Shown one piece after another: positions 41,625 through 52,393 of a stretch of DNA of 64,000 nucleotides. Position 1 is the stretch's first letter; each line of letters begins with the position of its first letter. The stretch comes from Nitrospirota bacterium (GTDB lineage Bacteria > Nitrospirota > UBA9217): assembly GCA_963737155.1 (NCBI GenBank), contig CAVTRN010000002.1:1696001-1760000 (forward strand), read 5' to 3'. Made by a program: the position numbers and the translations under genes. The notes below the pieces were generated by a model. The model had not been told where the DNA came from and made no database searches. It saw only the letters and a program-made list of their open reading frames with translations.

Positions 41625-44309
41625 TCAATGAGCTTCATCCCAGTTTTTGCCCACACCCATATCGACTTTAATAGGTATTGAAAGCGCAAGCGCACCTTCC
41701 ATCTTTTCCTTGACAAGCTGTTTCATGGTCTCAATTTCGTCATCCGGTACCTCGAATACCAACTCATCATGGACCTGGAGGATCATTTGTGACCGTAATT
41801 TCCGCTGCTTCAACTCGGATTGGATGTTGATCATGGCCAACTTGATCAAGTCCGCCGCGGTACCCTGTATCGGGGTATTTACGGCAGTGCGCTCCCCGAA
41901 GCTTCGTACCGCCGCTGTTGAGGACGCTATCTCCGGGATGAACCTGCGTCTACCGAAAAGCGTGGTTACATACCCCTTTGTCTTCGCATCGCTTATGATT
42001 TGGTTTATGAATTCGCGGACCCGTGGATATCGCGAAAAATAGCTGTCGATGTAGCGCTTGGCCTCGTTGTTCGAAACGCCGATGTCCTGAGCGAGTCCGA
42101 AAGCGGAAATGCCGTAGATGATCCCGAAATTAACGGCCTTGGCCTTTCGTCGCATTTCGGACGTTATTTCCTCCGGTGCAAGACTGAAAATCTCGGACGC
42201 GGTGCGAGTGTGAATGTCCTCGTCCTCCTGGAATGTCTTGATAAGGGCTGTATCTCCGCTTAAATGGGCGAGAATTCGCAGTTCGACCTGTGAATAATCG
42301 GCCGAGAGCAGACTTGCGCCAGGCTCCGCAATAAAGGCCCTCCTGATTTCACGGCCCAAGTCGGTGCGAATGGGAATATTCTGGAGGTTCGGATCACTGC
42401 TCGATAGCCTGCCGGTCGCTGTCACGGTCTGATTGAGCGAGGTGTGGAGTCGGCCTGTCCGGGGATTGATCATGGCAGGAAGCGCGTCGACATACGTGGA
42501 CTTTAGTTTTGCGAGTGTCCGGTATTTCAGGATTTCGGCCGGGAGTGGATGGATATGGGCAAGTTCCTCGAGAACATCCACGTTCGTCGAGAATCCCGTT
42601 TTTGTTTTCTTCTGGGGTGCAAGCTGGAGTTTACCGAATAGGATTTCCGCGAGCTGTTTCGGAGAATTGATGTTGAAGGTCATGCCGGCCAGCTCATAGA
42701 TAATTATTTCTATATTGTTGATCTCCCGTTCGAGCTTGTGCGAGATGGCATTGAGAACAATAGGGTCGATCTTTACCCCCGCTCGCTCCATGTCCGCGAG
42801 CACTTCCATGAGAGGCATCTCGAGTTCACGAAACAGCTTGTCGAGATTTTGCTCCTGCAGCATTTGAGCCAACTTCTGCTTGAGCCGCAAGGCGATATCC
42901 GCATCTTCCCCGGAGTAGCGTGTTGCCGTCTTTACATCAACAGCAGAGAAACTGATCTGTTTTTTACCGGTCCCGGTGACTTCAGCGTAAGTAATGGTTT
43001 TGTAGTTGAGGTACTCGAGCGCAATCGCATCCAGACCATGGGAAGGTTTTCCAGGGTTGAGCAGGTACGAGGCGATCATGGTATCGAACGAAATACCTTG
43101 CACTGCGATTGCATAGTTGCTAAGCACGAGAAGGTCGTATTTTATATTTTGCCCAATTTTTTTTATTGCCGGATTTTCCATGAGGGGCTTAAGCGCTGTC
43201 AGTGCATGATCTGTGGTTATCTGGTTCGGTGCACCGGGATACTTGTGGCCTAGGGGAAGATAATATGCCTTGTGATGCGTCAGGGAAAAGGAGATGCCAA
43301 CAAGCTCGGCTTGGAGGGGATCAAGAGACGTTGTTTCAGTGTCGAAACAGAATTCCTCGGCTGTGGAAAGGGCATGGAGAAGACTCTGTAACGTGGATTC
43401 TTCCAGAATTGTTATATATGTTGCCTCCTGATCAGGTTCCAGGGCAACATACTTCAAGAGCGCAGTAAACTCGAGCTCTTTCAAGAGTCCTAGAAGAGCG
43501 GCACTGTCTGGCGGCTTCATTTTCAGGCGTTCATAATCCACGTCCAATGGAACATCGGATCTCAGCAGGGCAAGTTCACGGCTCAGACGGGCTATATGCG
43601 CGAACTCCCTCAGCGACTCCCTGAGTTTTGGCCTTTTAATTTCGTCGGCGCGCGCGAGAAGATTTTCGATTGTACCATACTCCTTGATGAGCGTCTGTGC
43701 AGTTTTCTCGCCAATGCCGGGTACTCCGGGAATGTTATCCGACGCGTCTCCCATTAGTCCCATGATTTCCACGACGCGATCCGGCGGTACGCCGAATCGT
43801 TCTTCTACATCCTTTGATTCGTACACTTTTTCCTTAAGTGTGTCGTAAACCCTGATATGGGGGCCGATGAGCTGAAGGATGTCTTTATCGCCCGTGACTA
43901 TCGTGATATCCATCCGCTGGGCCTCGGCTTTGCGGGCCAGGGTAGCGATAACATCGTCGGCTTCCTGGCCTTCCTGGATGAATACAGGGATGCGGAACGC
44001 ATCAACCAGTCGGTGAATATAGGGAATTTGCGGGACAAGATCAATGGGCATGGGAGGGCGATGCGCCTTATAATCCTTGAATTCCAGATGTCTCCGTGTG
44101 GGACCTTTAGGGTCAAATACGACAGCAAGAAATTCTGGATTTTTTTCCTTGACGACTTTGAGTAGCATATTAGCGAATCCGAAAACAGCATTTGTCGGCA
44201 GACCCGACGAGGTGGAGAGCCCTCGGATAGCATAAAAGGCGCGGTAGATGTAAGAATTTCCATCTATAATGTAAAAAATATCAGTCCTGCTATCCCGAGT
44301 ATTTCCCAT
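41625..44309 (-). CDS. polA: DNA polymerase I
   Basis: 5'-exo IDGNSYIYRAFYA and EADDVI; 3'-exo DTET; ADYSQVELR, KAVNFGIIYG, QVHDEL. Confidence 0.97.
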   Translation of the reverse strand: MGNTRDSRTDIFYIIDGNSYIYRAFYAIRGLSTSSGLPTNAVFGFANMLLKVVKEKNPEFLAVVFDPKGPTRRHLEFKDYKAHRPPMPIDLVPQIPYIHRLVDAFRIPVFIQEGQEADDVIATLARKAEAQRMDITIVTGDKDILQLIGPHIRVYDTLKEKVYESKDVEERFGVPPDRVVEIMGLMGDASDNIPGVPGIGEKTAQTLIKEYGTIENLLARADEIKRPKLRESLREFAHIARLSRELALLRSDVPLDVDYERLKMKPPDSAALLGLLKELEFTALLKYVALEPDQEATYITILEESTLQSLLHALSTAEEFCFDTETTSLDPLQAELVGISFSLTHHKAYYLPLGHKYPGAPNQITTDHALTALKPLMENPAIKKIGQNIKYDLLVLSNYAIAVQGISFDTMIASYLLNPGKPSHGLDAIALEYLNYKTITYAEVTGTGKKQISFSAVDVKTATRYSGEDADIALRLKQKLAQMLQEQNLDKLFRELEMPLMEVLADMERAGVKIDPIVLNAISHKLEREINNIEIIIYELAGMTFNINSPKQLAEILFGKLQLAPQKKTKTGFSTNVDVLEELAHIHPLPAEILKYRTLAKLKSTYVDALPAMINPRTGRLHTSLNQTVTATGRLSSSDPNLQNIPIRTDLGREIRRAFIAEPGASLLSADYSQVELRILAHLSGDTALIKTFQEDEDIHTRTASEIFSLAPEEITSEMRRKAKAVNFGIIYGISAFGLAQDIGVSNNEAKRYIDSYFSRYPRVREFINQIISDAKTKGYVTTLFGRRRFIPEIASSTAAVRSFGERTAVNTPIQGTAADLIKLAMINIQSELKQRKLRSQMILQVHDELVFEVPDDEIETMKQLVKEKMEGALALSIPIKVDMGVGKNWDEAH

Positions 44310-44748
44310 AGGTTATGAGTATATCGTATCTGGATTCAAAACACAACGGGAGACCGGCGTAGCAACATTGAGTGTCTGAAACTATGCGAACTATCGCGAA
44401 GATTGCAGGCAGGGGAAGAGATGCTTGTCATAGAACGGCGTCATTTTAAAATGATTCTCGACGATACTAGGTGAGCGGTTCCGGTCAGGCAGCGAACCAA
44501 TTAACTGCTTGGATTACTTTGGATAGTAGATAATACGTATGGTCAAAATGGTACATAGCTGAAAGAATTGAAAGAACGGCTTGTTTATTTGGTGGTTTTC
44601 GCTCAAGGTGCTCACTATCGCTCTATCTAATCGATCACTATTAAATAGTCATAAAATTAATTCTCTGATATATCAATATTATAAGTCTTTTTTTATTAGG
44701 TATCCTTTTTGCAGTTTCATAAAAAAATATCCTTATTGTGAGGCAGTT

Positions 44749-45015
44749 ATGGAATGTAACGTGCAGAACGCAAATTATGAGAGAGTTATGGCCGTCATGG
44801 AGAAATTCCTGAAGGAGCGGTCTCATAACATCTGCAGCTGCCCACGGTGCATGAACGATATTGCAGCTATTGCCCTGAACTTTTTGCCCCCTCATTATTT
44901 CGTCATAACTAATGGAGCAAATGCGGTGGGCTCCCCTTGGGTTATGATTGAAACCGCTGTTGTTGAAGCAATTGACCGTGTGTCAGAAAAACCGAATCAC
45001 TCTCACAAGAAGTGA
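44749..45015 (+). CDS. ComFB-family protein
   Basis: N.NYERV, CSCPRCMNDIAAIALN.LPPHY, C-terminal V...PNH; GAGG RBS before ATG44749. Confidence 0.8.
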   Translation: MECNVQNANYERVMAVMEKFLKERSHNICSCPRCMNDIAAIALNFLPPHYFVITNGANAVGSPWVMIETAVVEAIDRVSEKPNHSHKK

Positions 45016-45268
45016 AAGCCTTCCCGTTCCTCCGATTCGTTTCATAGTATTCGTGATCCGGATTTAGCGACGCTAGATTTATCTAAACAAATCGACAATC
45101 TGCAGGATTCATATCATTGCCTATGATAAGCGAAAAGGGGAAAATTGGTGCTTCTCATGATGCCTTTGCGGTCATTAAATGAGGAAACCGCCGAAAGATT
45201 TTCTTGACAGTCAAAGCAGGAATAGGGTATAAACTACCGTCAATTTGTCCCACGACTTCGCCTCTCAG

Positions 45269-45343
45269 GCCGACGTAGCTCAGTGGTAGAGCAGCTGATT
45301 CGTAATCAGCTGGTCGGAGGTTCAACTCCTCTCGTCGGCTCCA
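45269..45343 (+). tRNA. tRNA-Thr(CGT)
   Basis: Acceptor stem GCCGACG/CGTCGGC-T-CCA; anticodon arm CTGAT-TCGTAA-TCAG; T-loop GGTTCAACTCC; upstream TTGACA at 45204. Confidence 0.96.
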
Positions 45344-45494
45344 TTTTTCCAAACAGTTACAATTCTTTCCAAGAAATTACTTTAAGCGAAAAGTACGCAC
45401 TAAGTCTGGCGCATATTGAAACGTCGCGTTCAGGAGCATTGATATTTGTAAAAAAGTAATCGCAATTATAACGCCATGTGTTATAATGTGCTAC

Positions 45495-45776
45495 ATGATA
45501 AGCAACTTCGCTGATAAAGATACCGAGATTTTATACATAACGGGAAAGAGCAAGCGGTATCCCTCAACGATCATAAAAACAACATTACGAAAGCTTGATT
45601 ATTTGAACAAGGCAAAGACATTGAGTGACCTAGATGCATCACCGGGTAATCGACCGGAGGCGCTGAAAGGCGGTCTTAGGGGAAAACACAGCATCAGGAT
45701 AAATGATCAATTTCGCATTGTTTTCCAATTCAGCGACGGTGAAGCATCCGAAGTCGAAGTCGTGGATTATCACTAA
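45495..45776 (+). CDS. higB: HigB/RelE-like toxin 1 (conserved NRLE reads NRPE)
   Basis: MISNF.DKDTE, PGNR.EALKG, HSIRINDQFRI.F, VDYH. Confidence 0.85.
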   Translation: MISNFADKDTEILYITGKSKRYPSTIIKTTLRKLDYLNKAKTLSDLDASPGNRPEALKGGLRGKHSIRINDQFRIVFQFSDGEASEVEVVDYH

Positions 45777-45788
45777 GGAGAAATAATA

Positions 45789-46103
45789 ATGGCAAAGTAC
45801 GAACTAAAAAGAAATCCTACCCATCCCGGGGAAATCCTAAGAGAGGACTTTTTGTCGCCTCTGAGGCTTACCCAGACTGAGCTTGCTAAGGCGCTCAAAA
45901 CCTCATTCAGGACTATCAACGAAATCTTAAATGAAAAGCGTAGTATTAGCCCGGACATGGCGCTGAGGCTAAGCCGTTATTTCGGGACATCACCCGATGT
46001 ATGGATTGGCCTTCAAGCGGATTACGATCTTTACTGGGCAAGGATGAAATCAAAGAAGATGATCAACGAGATCAAACCGTATCATGGAAAGCGCGCGGCA
46101 TAG
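45789..46103 (+). CDS. higA: HigA-family antitoxin 1
   Basis: HPGEILREDFL, ISPDMALRL..YFG, W..LQ..YDL. Confidence 0.92.
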   Translation: MAKYELKRNPTHPGEILREDFLSPLRLTQTELAKALKTSFRTINEILNEKRSISPDMALRLSRYFGTSPDVWIGLQADYDLYWARMKSKKMINEIKPYHGKRAA

Positions 46104-46438
46104 TCTGTTCTGCCTCGCGTTTAAAGCATTCATATGGATGGAATCTTCTGCAAGGCAATAACTGAAATTCCGCACTCCTTCCTGTTTTATGTACTTTTGG
46201 CGATACAGGCCAATAGTACTTTGAAGTAGTCTGCAATTACCTTCTCAACGATGCACGCATTTCGTAAAATTCCGCGGCGATCCTAGGGGAAATCCCCCAA
46301 CCCGTAATGAGTTTGGAGGATATCACATCTTTCTTCAACCAACAAATCTATCAAACAGAATAGTTCTCTAACTTATAAGTTAATCTTACGTTCTGCAACA
46401 TATTGTATAATAAAGCGTATTTCATAGTCAGATAGTTT

Positions 46439-46483
46439 GTAATCAGCTGGTCGGAGGTTCAACTCCTCTCGTCGGCTCCATTT
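46439..46483 (+). repeat. att-like duplication of the tRNA-Thr 3' half
   Basis: GTAATCAGCTGGTCGGAGGTTCAACTCCTCTCGTCGGCTCCATTT, identical to 45302-45346. Confidence 0.92.
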
Positions 46484-46537
46484 ATCAAGCACTTACAACG
46501 AAATTTTCAGGTAAAATTTCCCTCAAATACTCCCCCT

Positions 46538-46598
46538 CGTAATCAGCAGGTCGTTAGCTCGATTCTGCCTATCCGCACAACTTATCAAACACTTACAG
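46538..46598 (+). repeat. degenerate att-like tRNA 3' copy
   Basis: CGTAATCAGCAGGTCG... followed by the same TTATCAAACACTTACA motif seen after the other copies. Confidence 0.6.
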
Positions 46599-47039
46599 CT
46601 GGACTTTCAGCATAAATACTCCACCTATCGGAAATCGCTAGACGAGTTTCGGAGGTGTTTTGGTCCAGCTGAGACAGCGATTTCAATTGTTGTCGGACAG
46701 CGTTCTCAATAAGTATTGAGCTCGATTCCGGACGTCCTCATAGAGAAAGATACCATGAAGTGTCTCTTAAATTACATCATCATGATGAATCCCCAATGAA
46801 CCTCGGCGCTTAATGTGATATAAACGCGTTCCTGTTCACATATTCTTTTTGGATCCTTGTACTTTATGATACTGGTATTAGTCGACCGTACCTTCCTGTA
46901 GTTCTTGTCGTCGCCGTTCTTTGCAACTCATAAACTTTGAACCCGAATCTTGCACCACATACCCATAAAATACTCCATCGCCCTGACACAAACCATTCCA
47001 CATTTCAATCTTTACAATACTGCATCTTTCACCTATTAT

Positions 47040-47339
47040 GTGGAGTGTTTGCATAAAATCCTTAAGTCATTTAAGGACAACGAGACTGGAAAAATATATT
47101 TTCGGGAGCGTTCGCGGAAATTGCCTCCAGATATTCAGCAGGTTGCCTTGAGGAAATTACGCATGGTCAATAATGCAAAGACCATCAACGACCTGAGAAT
47201 TTCACCAGCAAATAGGTTGGAAAAACTTGTTGGTAATAGGTCAGGGCAGTACAGCATTCGCATAAACGATCAGTGGCGTATTTGCTTTATCTGGAAAGAT
47301 AGCGCTGCGACTGACGTAGAAATCACCGATTATCATTGA
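47040..47339 (+). CDS. higB: HigB/RelE-like toxin 2 (start codon uncertain)
   Basis: ILKSFKDNET, PANRLEKL.G, YSIRINDQWRICF, TDYH. ATC at the expected Met; only upstream GTG/TTG are available. Confidence 0.7.
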   Translation: MECLHKILKSFKDNETGKIYFRERSRKLPPDIQQVALRKLRMVNNAKTINDLRISPANRLEKLVGNRSGQYSIRINDQWRICFIWKDSAATDVEITDYH

Positions 47340-47349
47340 GGATAGGAAG

Positions 47350-47655
47350 ATGAAGAAAAACAAATTACATCCAGTACATCCCGGCGAGATCCTTTTTGAG
47401 GAATTTCTTAAACCCATGGGATTGAGCCAGAATAAACTCGCTGTAAGCGTCGGCGTTCCAGCACGGAGAATAAACGAAATCGTACTGAAAAAAGGAAAAA
47501 TATCAGCCGATACGGCGCTCAGACTTGGTAGATTTTTTGGAACGTCCTCGGAATTTTGGCTTGGGTTGCAGTCTCAGTATGATCTAGATGTCGCTGCGGA
47601 CGCCCTCGGGAGCCGACTGATTAAGGAAGTCAAAGAATACTCTCAGGTTGCATGA
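47350..47655 (+). CDS. higA: HigA-family antitoxin 2
   Basis: HPGEIL.EEFLKP, RINEI, ADTALRL..FFG, FWLGLQSQYDL. Confidence 0.92.
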   Translation: MKKNKLHPVHPGEILFEEFLKPMGLSQNKLAVSVGVPARRINEIVLKKGKISADTALRLGRFFGTSSEFWLGLQSQYDLDVAADALGSRLIKEVKEYSQVA

Positions 47656-47892
47656 CAACCAGGATGTAATTCGCAGGCTGGTGCAACAATTCCTCCGTTT
47701 AGTCATTCCTGAGGGTCGCAACCGTTTAGATTATTCGAAATTGTAAGTTTCCTTCCGAATTTGATAACGCATTCCAAAAAAGAATTTACCCCGTAACCCA
47801 ATTGACAAACCCAATTGATATTATTGACATCGCCCCGCATTAAGAATATATTTACCTAAAAATGATATTATATTTTGTCTCAAATGCATAAT

Positions 47893-49488
47893 TGAACTCT
47901 GGTCCGCGTATTCCCCCTGCTAGGCGCGAAGCGCCAGGAGGCGGGTTAAGCGGATCAATTTTGATTTAATTTCATTGAGTTGTGCTATAATATCTCGCAT
48001 GTCACCATCAACAAGCGGAGTCAAATTCAGGGCGTATCCGACAGAGAAACAGCAAGAGGAACTGTCTCAGTGGATCGGATGCCAGCGCCTGATATACAAC
48101 GCCAAGGTTTCAGAAACGAAATATTTCTATACCTTCAGAAAACACTCCCTTTCCTTAACCGGCATACAGCTTCCAAACGACCAGCAATACTCGCAGTTTA
48201 AGGATAAGGAATTAACCCCTTTTTTGTACGAGCTGCCTTCTCAAGTGCTCCGGAATGGTGCCGTCAGATTTATCGGCGCCCAACAACGCTTTTTCAATGG
48301 GCTTGCCAGCGTCCAACGTTTAAGAAGAAGTCAGGCCGCCAAACTGTTTGGCTTACCAGCGAGCTATTTAGATTCGTGCCCACCGGCAAACGCAAAAGCA
48401 GCCACAACAGCAAGCAGGGCAAAACCATCTACGACCACAAACTGCTGCTCGGCACAAAAACACACAACCTCGGAGAATTGCGCTTTAAGGCCCACACGGA
48501 ATACGATCTACCGGCAACCATTACTATCGCGCGGGAAGCCGGTAAGTGGTTCGTGTCGTTCTCCTATGCAGCGCCTGACGATCTCAGCTTATCGGAATCC
48601 GATCTTACCGCCCGTTACTCCGCGATGAACGTCCAGAACCTCGATAAAATCACGATGGGCATGGACCGCGACGTAGTAACCCCTGCGGCATCGAGCGATG
48701 GTGCCAATCATGACTACACCGGCAATCAAAAGCGCAATCTCGATGTAAAAGAGATCCGCCGGAAACGCTATCAGCGCATAATGGCCCGCAGGCAAAAAGG
48801 GTCAGGGCGCTGGAAGCGCGCAATGAGTAAGGTCTCGAGCAGCCATGCGCATGCAGCTAACGTCCGTTCGGACTTCGCCCACAAAACCAGCCGTAAGATT
48901 ATAGATTCCGATGTCGAGGTCATTGTATTCGAGGATCTCAAAATAAAGAACATGACCAAGGCACCGGAACCAAAACCAGCAAATAACGGCACAGGCGCGT
49001 ATCTCCCCAACGGAGCTGCTGCCAAGGCGGGTCTCAATAAGGCGATCCTCGAGTCCGCCTGGGGCAAAGTAAGGCTGTTCACTACCTACAAGGCCAAAAG
49101 AGCAAACAAATTAGTCATCGCCGTACCGCCGCACTGCACGTCGCAGGAGTGTTCGAAGTGTTCGCACACTCACCCGGATAATCGCCAGTCTCAGGCGAAA
49201 TTCGAATGCCAACGCTGCGGTTTTACAGCAAACGCCGACTTTAACGCATCCGTCTCTGTCAAAAACAGAGGTATCCGGATGCTGTTCGCCGGCGAGATTG
49301 CCGTAAAACAAACAACGCGTGCCATGCGGTTAAAGAAAAAGCAGCAACTAGGTCGGGAACCGGCCGAAGTCACGCGCGGGGAGATGGGAATAAGACAATT
49401 TGAGGGCAAATGCCTTCAGATCGCATCCGTCAGGAACCGTGAAACCCCCACTACAACCGTTCTTACGGTTTAGTGGCGGGAGAGTTCA
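47893..49488 (+). mobile_element. tnpB: non-autonomous IS200/IS605-family element, copy 2, tnpB with one frameshift
   Basis: Same TGAACTCT/AGAGTTCA ends. ATG47999; 1-nt deletion near 48310 relative to copy 1. RuvC D (GMDRD), E (VFEDL) and D (NADFNA) and the Zn finger are retained. Confidence 0.9.
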
Positions 49489-49637
49489 TTATATGAAGTA
49501 TATTTCTAATCGTGGACTCAGACACACTGCGACTAGCCAAAGGGTTGTGCGTGACCCGCTCGTTCTCCGCTGTCTCAAACTGGAACCTGGCCGGTCAGAC
49601 CGCACACAGCGCGCATTCGGCGCATCAAGGGAGAAAA

Positions 49638-51089
49638 ATGAAAGATATCCTCAATGCCTATATTGAAAGCACCGTAGAGATGCGTGCGATGCTTGCGCAG
49701 CGGACGCCGGGAGAGTCGGCCCATGACGAGGCGGTCCTCAGCGGTTTGAGAAAAGGCTGGCCGATCAAAAAGGCCCTCAAACGGGCCGCCGAGAAGCATC
49801 CGGCTGAGGCGCTCCAATGGACCCCGGAAACGCTCGCGGACATCGAGGGGCATTATGATTGGCTGCTGAAACATGAGGAGATCATGGCAAAGGCCAAGGC
49901 ACTGGGCTTCAAGGAAGAGATACGGTTTATTCCGCCGAGGTCGAACGCGGCTGCGTTGACCGGGTCAGGCGAGCCCGCTCCGGGGATGTCTTTTGTCGCC
50001 GTGAACAGGATAATGGAAAAACGCATGACCACAGAGCCGGGACTGGCTGAAGATCTCGCACAGAAGGGGAAAGGCTGTCTTCGCTTCGGCAGGGCGATGA
50101 CCGACGAACAATTGATCGATAAAGTACGCGTCCTCGGCCTGAGTCTGGACAGGACGGTATTCGATGAGCTACACAAGGGCCATTTGTCGGCTGAAGAAAT
50201 GTCCCTGTCCCTTAGCCGCGAGCGCCGACTCACCTTCAAGGGCTTCGAAGAGGAGTGGCTGTGGGTGTGCCTCACCGTGCTGTGGGAACGGTGGGCGTCC
50301 GAAACGCCGAACCTCGAAATGATCGACGATGCCATGCAGGAAGGCTATGACTTCTCAGACAAAGGCGAAAGCGACAAGGCCATAACCGCCTGGTTCGGCG
50401 TCTGGAAAAACATTCTGGCGGCGATGGACGCCAATAAGATGAAGACGCTTCATGAGTTCAATGCGGTTTTTCGCGGGTCGCAGTTTGTTCGCAACTGGGT
50501 GCAGGACGTTGAAACTGAGCTTCTGAATGCATGCTGGAAAAATAACAACCGCTGCAGCGAACGCATACGTTTTTGCGAGGAGGTGATCGAGCGGACCGCA
50601 GGGAACGACTCTTCAATGATAGAGGACATGCGGCGGGCCATCGGGGACTCCTACGCCGTTATGGACGACAGGCAGCAGGCGGACTCGTTGTTCGACGGCT
50701 GGCTGAAAGCAGACCCGGAGTGGGGCTGGGGCTGGATTGGCTGGTCGGACAGCTATGCCCTGTTCACACGGGGGAAAAAAGACTACGACCGCGCCGAGCA
50801 AATCCTGAAGAGCGGCCTTGCGACTCCGGGAGTAAGGGACCGGGACGACCTCCTCGAGCGAATGATGCGGATTTATGAAGAAACCGGCCGGAAGGAAGAC
50901 GCAGAACGGATCCGGGAAGAGCTCGGCATGCCTGATGAGCGGCTTGAAGACGGCGAGATTGAGGAGTCAATCGACGGAGGAATTGCCGACATTGGTCTTT
51001 CGGAGAAGACTCAGTCAAAGAAAATCGGAAGGAACGAACCCTGCCCATGCGGCAGCGGAAAGAAATACAAGAAGTGCTGCATTGGATGA
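49638..51089 (+). CDS. SEC-C motif protein with helical/TPR-like body
   Basis: C-terminal KIGRNEPCPCGSGKKYKKCC; GGGAG RBS before ATG49638. Confidence 0.85.
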   Translation: MKDILNAYIESTVEMRAMLAQRTPGESAHDEAVLSGLRKGWPIKKALKRAAEKHPAEALQWTPETLADIEGHYDWLLKHEEIMAKAKALGFKEEIRFIPPRSNAAALTGSGEPAPGMSFVAVNRIMEKRMTTEPGLAEDLAQKGKGCLRFGRAMTDEQLIDKVRVLGLSLDRTVFDELHKGHLSAEEMSLSLSRERRLTFKGFEEEWLWVCLTVLWERWASETPNLEMIDDAMQEGYDFSDKGESDKAITAWFGVWKNILAAMDANKMKTLHEFNAVFRGSQFVRNWVQDVETELLNACWKNNNRCSERIRFCEEVIERTAGNDSSMIEDMRRAIGDSYAVMDDRQQADSLFDGWLKADPEWGWGWIGWSDSYALFTRGKKDYDRAEQILKSGLATPGVRDRDDLLERMMRIYEETGRKEDAERIREELGMPDERLEDGEIEESIDGGIADIGLSEKTQSKKIGRNEPCPCGSGKKYKKCCIG

Positions 51090-51141
51090 GGATGTTTAAG
51101 AGGTTTCCATGTAAGTAGAGTTTGCTTCATTCGGAGGTAAC

Positions 51142-51645
51142 ATGTCACTAAATGGGGAACCCGGCAAAGCGACGAAGAAGTTGAAGGCCGATGGAGCTTT
51201 CAATCCATGTCCGGTAGACGACGGCGATGAACTTTATCCGAACGGCATTTTCGAGTTTAACATAACAAAAATGCTCGAATATATTCAAGGCAAACCTGAC
51301 GGCATTACCATTGAGGAAGTGGCAGTAAGTAATTTCTATAGAAGTATATCGTCTATAAACGAGGCACACGTCAATTCGGTCGAACTATCAAGACCCGTGA
51401 TACTGGCGGAGATTTCGCCGGGGAAATACAACCTTTTAGACGGTCACCACAGAATGGAAAAAGCGAGAAGGACGGGAGTAACAAGTGTGTTAGCGTACCG
51501 GCTTAACGTTCTACAGCACATAAGCTTCTTGACATCTAAAAAAGCCTACCTCGCCTTCATCGAGTATTGGAACGGCAAACTGGAAGACTTAGTCCCGGCA
51601 AGTAGGATGACTGGCGGACGGAAAGGCGTGTGTAACCGCATATGA
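51142..51645 (+). CDS. ParB/Srx-like domain protein
   Basis: PVILAE..PG.YNLLDGHHR.EKA motif. Confidence 0.75.
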   Translation: MSLNGEPGKATKKLKADGAFNPCPVDDGDELYPNGIFEFNITKMLEYIQGKPDGITIEEVAVSNFYRSISSINEAHVNSVELSRPVILAEISPGKYNLLDGHHRMEKARRTGVTSVLAYRLNVLQHISFLTSKKAYLAFIEYWNGKLEDLVPASRMTGGRKGVCNRI

Positions 51646-51720
51646 GGAAGAAACATGAAGGTGGGCGCACACTGATTTTCATCGGTAAGTTAAGCGCGTG
51701 TTATCGAAGGAGTTGATGAT

Positions 51721-52344
51721 ATGGGGTATGATGAGAAAAGGCGCCAGAAGGCGCTGCTCAGGAAGAAGAAAAAAGATAAAGAGCGGAAAAAGGCTTCGGG
51801 AAACGCAGGATTGTTCGAGGGGCTGTCTGTCCCCTTGCTTATCAGGAGGTCCGGGGCCCTTCCGGTGCACGAATGCCTGATCAACGATAACTGGCGCGAG
51901 CGGGGCATCGCGAACATTCTCCTTTCGCGCAGACAGACCGACGGGTTCTACGTTATCGGCGTGTATCTCGTGGACGTGTTCTGCCTCGGCGTCAAGAATA
52001 CCTTCTGCAACGCTGGACTTTCGGAATTCCAGTACGACGAATTGAAAGCAAAGATGGCGGGACAATTTACTTTGATCGGCTGCGAGCTTGCCCTCGCGCA
52101 CGCTATCGTCCACGGCGCAATCAAATATGCGAGAAAGTGGGGGTTCGAACCGCAGAAGGATTTCTCGCTTTCACGGTACGTGCTCGGCGAAGGCGCTGAT
52201 TGGACCGGGCAGGACGTGATCTTCGGCAGGGACGGCAAACCATGCTATATCGCCGGCCCCCATGACGACGTGGACGCAATTTTGCGCAAGCTGACCAAGA
52301 CTGCAGGAGAAGGTAATTACGTATATATCGCACCGTTCTTATAA
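51721..52344 (+). CDS. conserved hypothetical protein
   Basis: Basic N-terminus; YLVDVFCLGVKN, GFEP..DF and FGRDGKP.YIAGPHD motifs, typical of SEC-C-associated hypotheticals. Confidence 0.75.
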   Translation: MGYDEKRRQKALLRKKKKDKERKKASGNAGLFEGLSVPLLIRRSGALPVHECLINDNWRERGIANILLSRRQTDGFYVIGVYLVDVFCLGVKNTFCNAGLSEFQYDELKAKMAGQFTLIGCELALAHAIVHGAIKYARKWGFEPQKDFSLSRYVLGEGADWTGQDVIFGRDGKPCYIAGPHDDVDAILRKLTKTAGEGNYVYIAPFL

Positions 52345-52393
52345 AGTACGGTCGGATTTAGGGAGACAGGTTCGGCAAACCGAAAGGCGAGAC

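Noticed and set aside
44490-44500. SRP RNA or riboswitch in the polA-comFB and 37.5-38.9 kb intergenic regions
   Set aside because: No complete SRP (TCAGG..GGAAG..AGCAG) or GEMM consensus could be matched; an Rfam scan would be needed.
45155-45352. 65-aa minus-strand ORF
   Set aside because: Antisense shadow of tRNA-Thr.
46439-46483. Second tRNA gene
   Set aside because: Only the 3' half is present; there is no D-arm or 5' acceptor strand.
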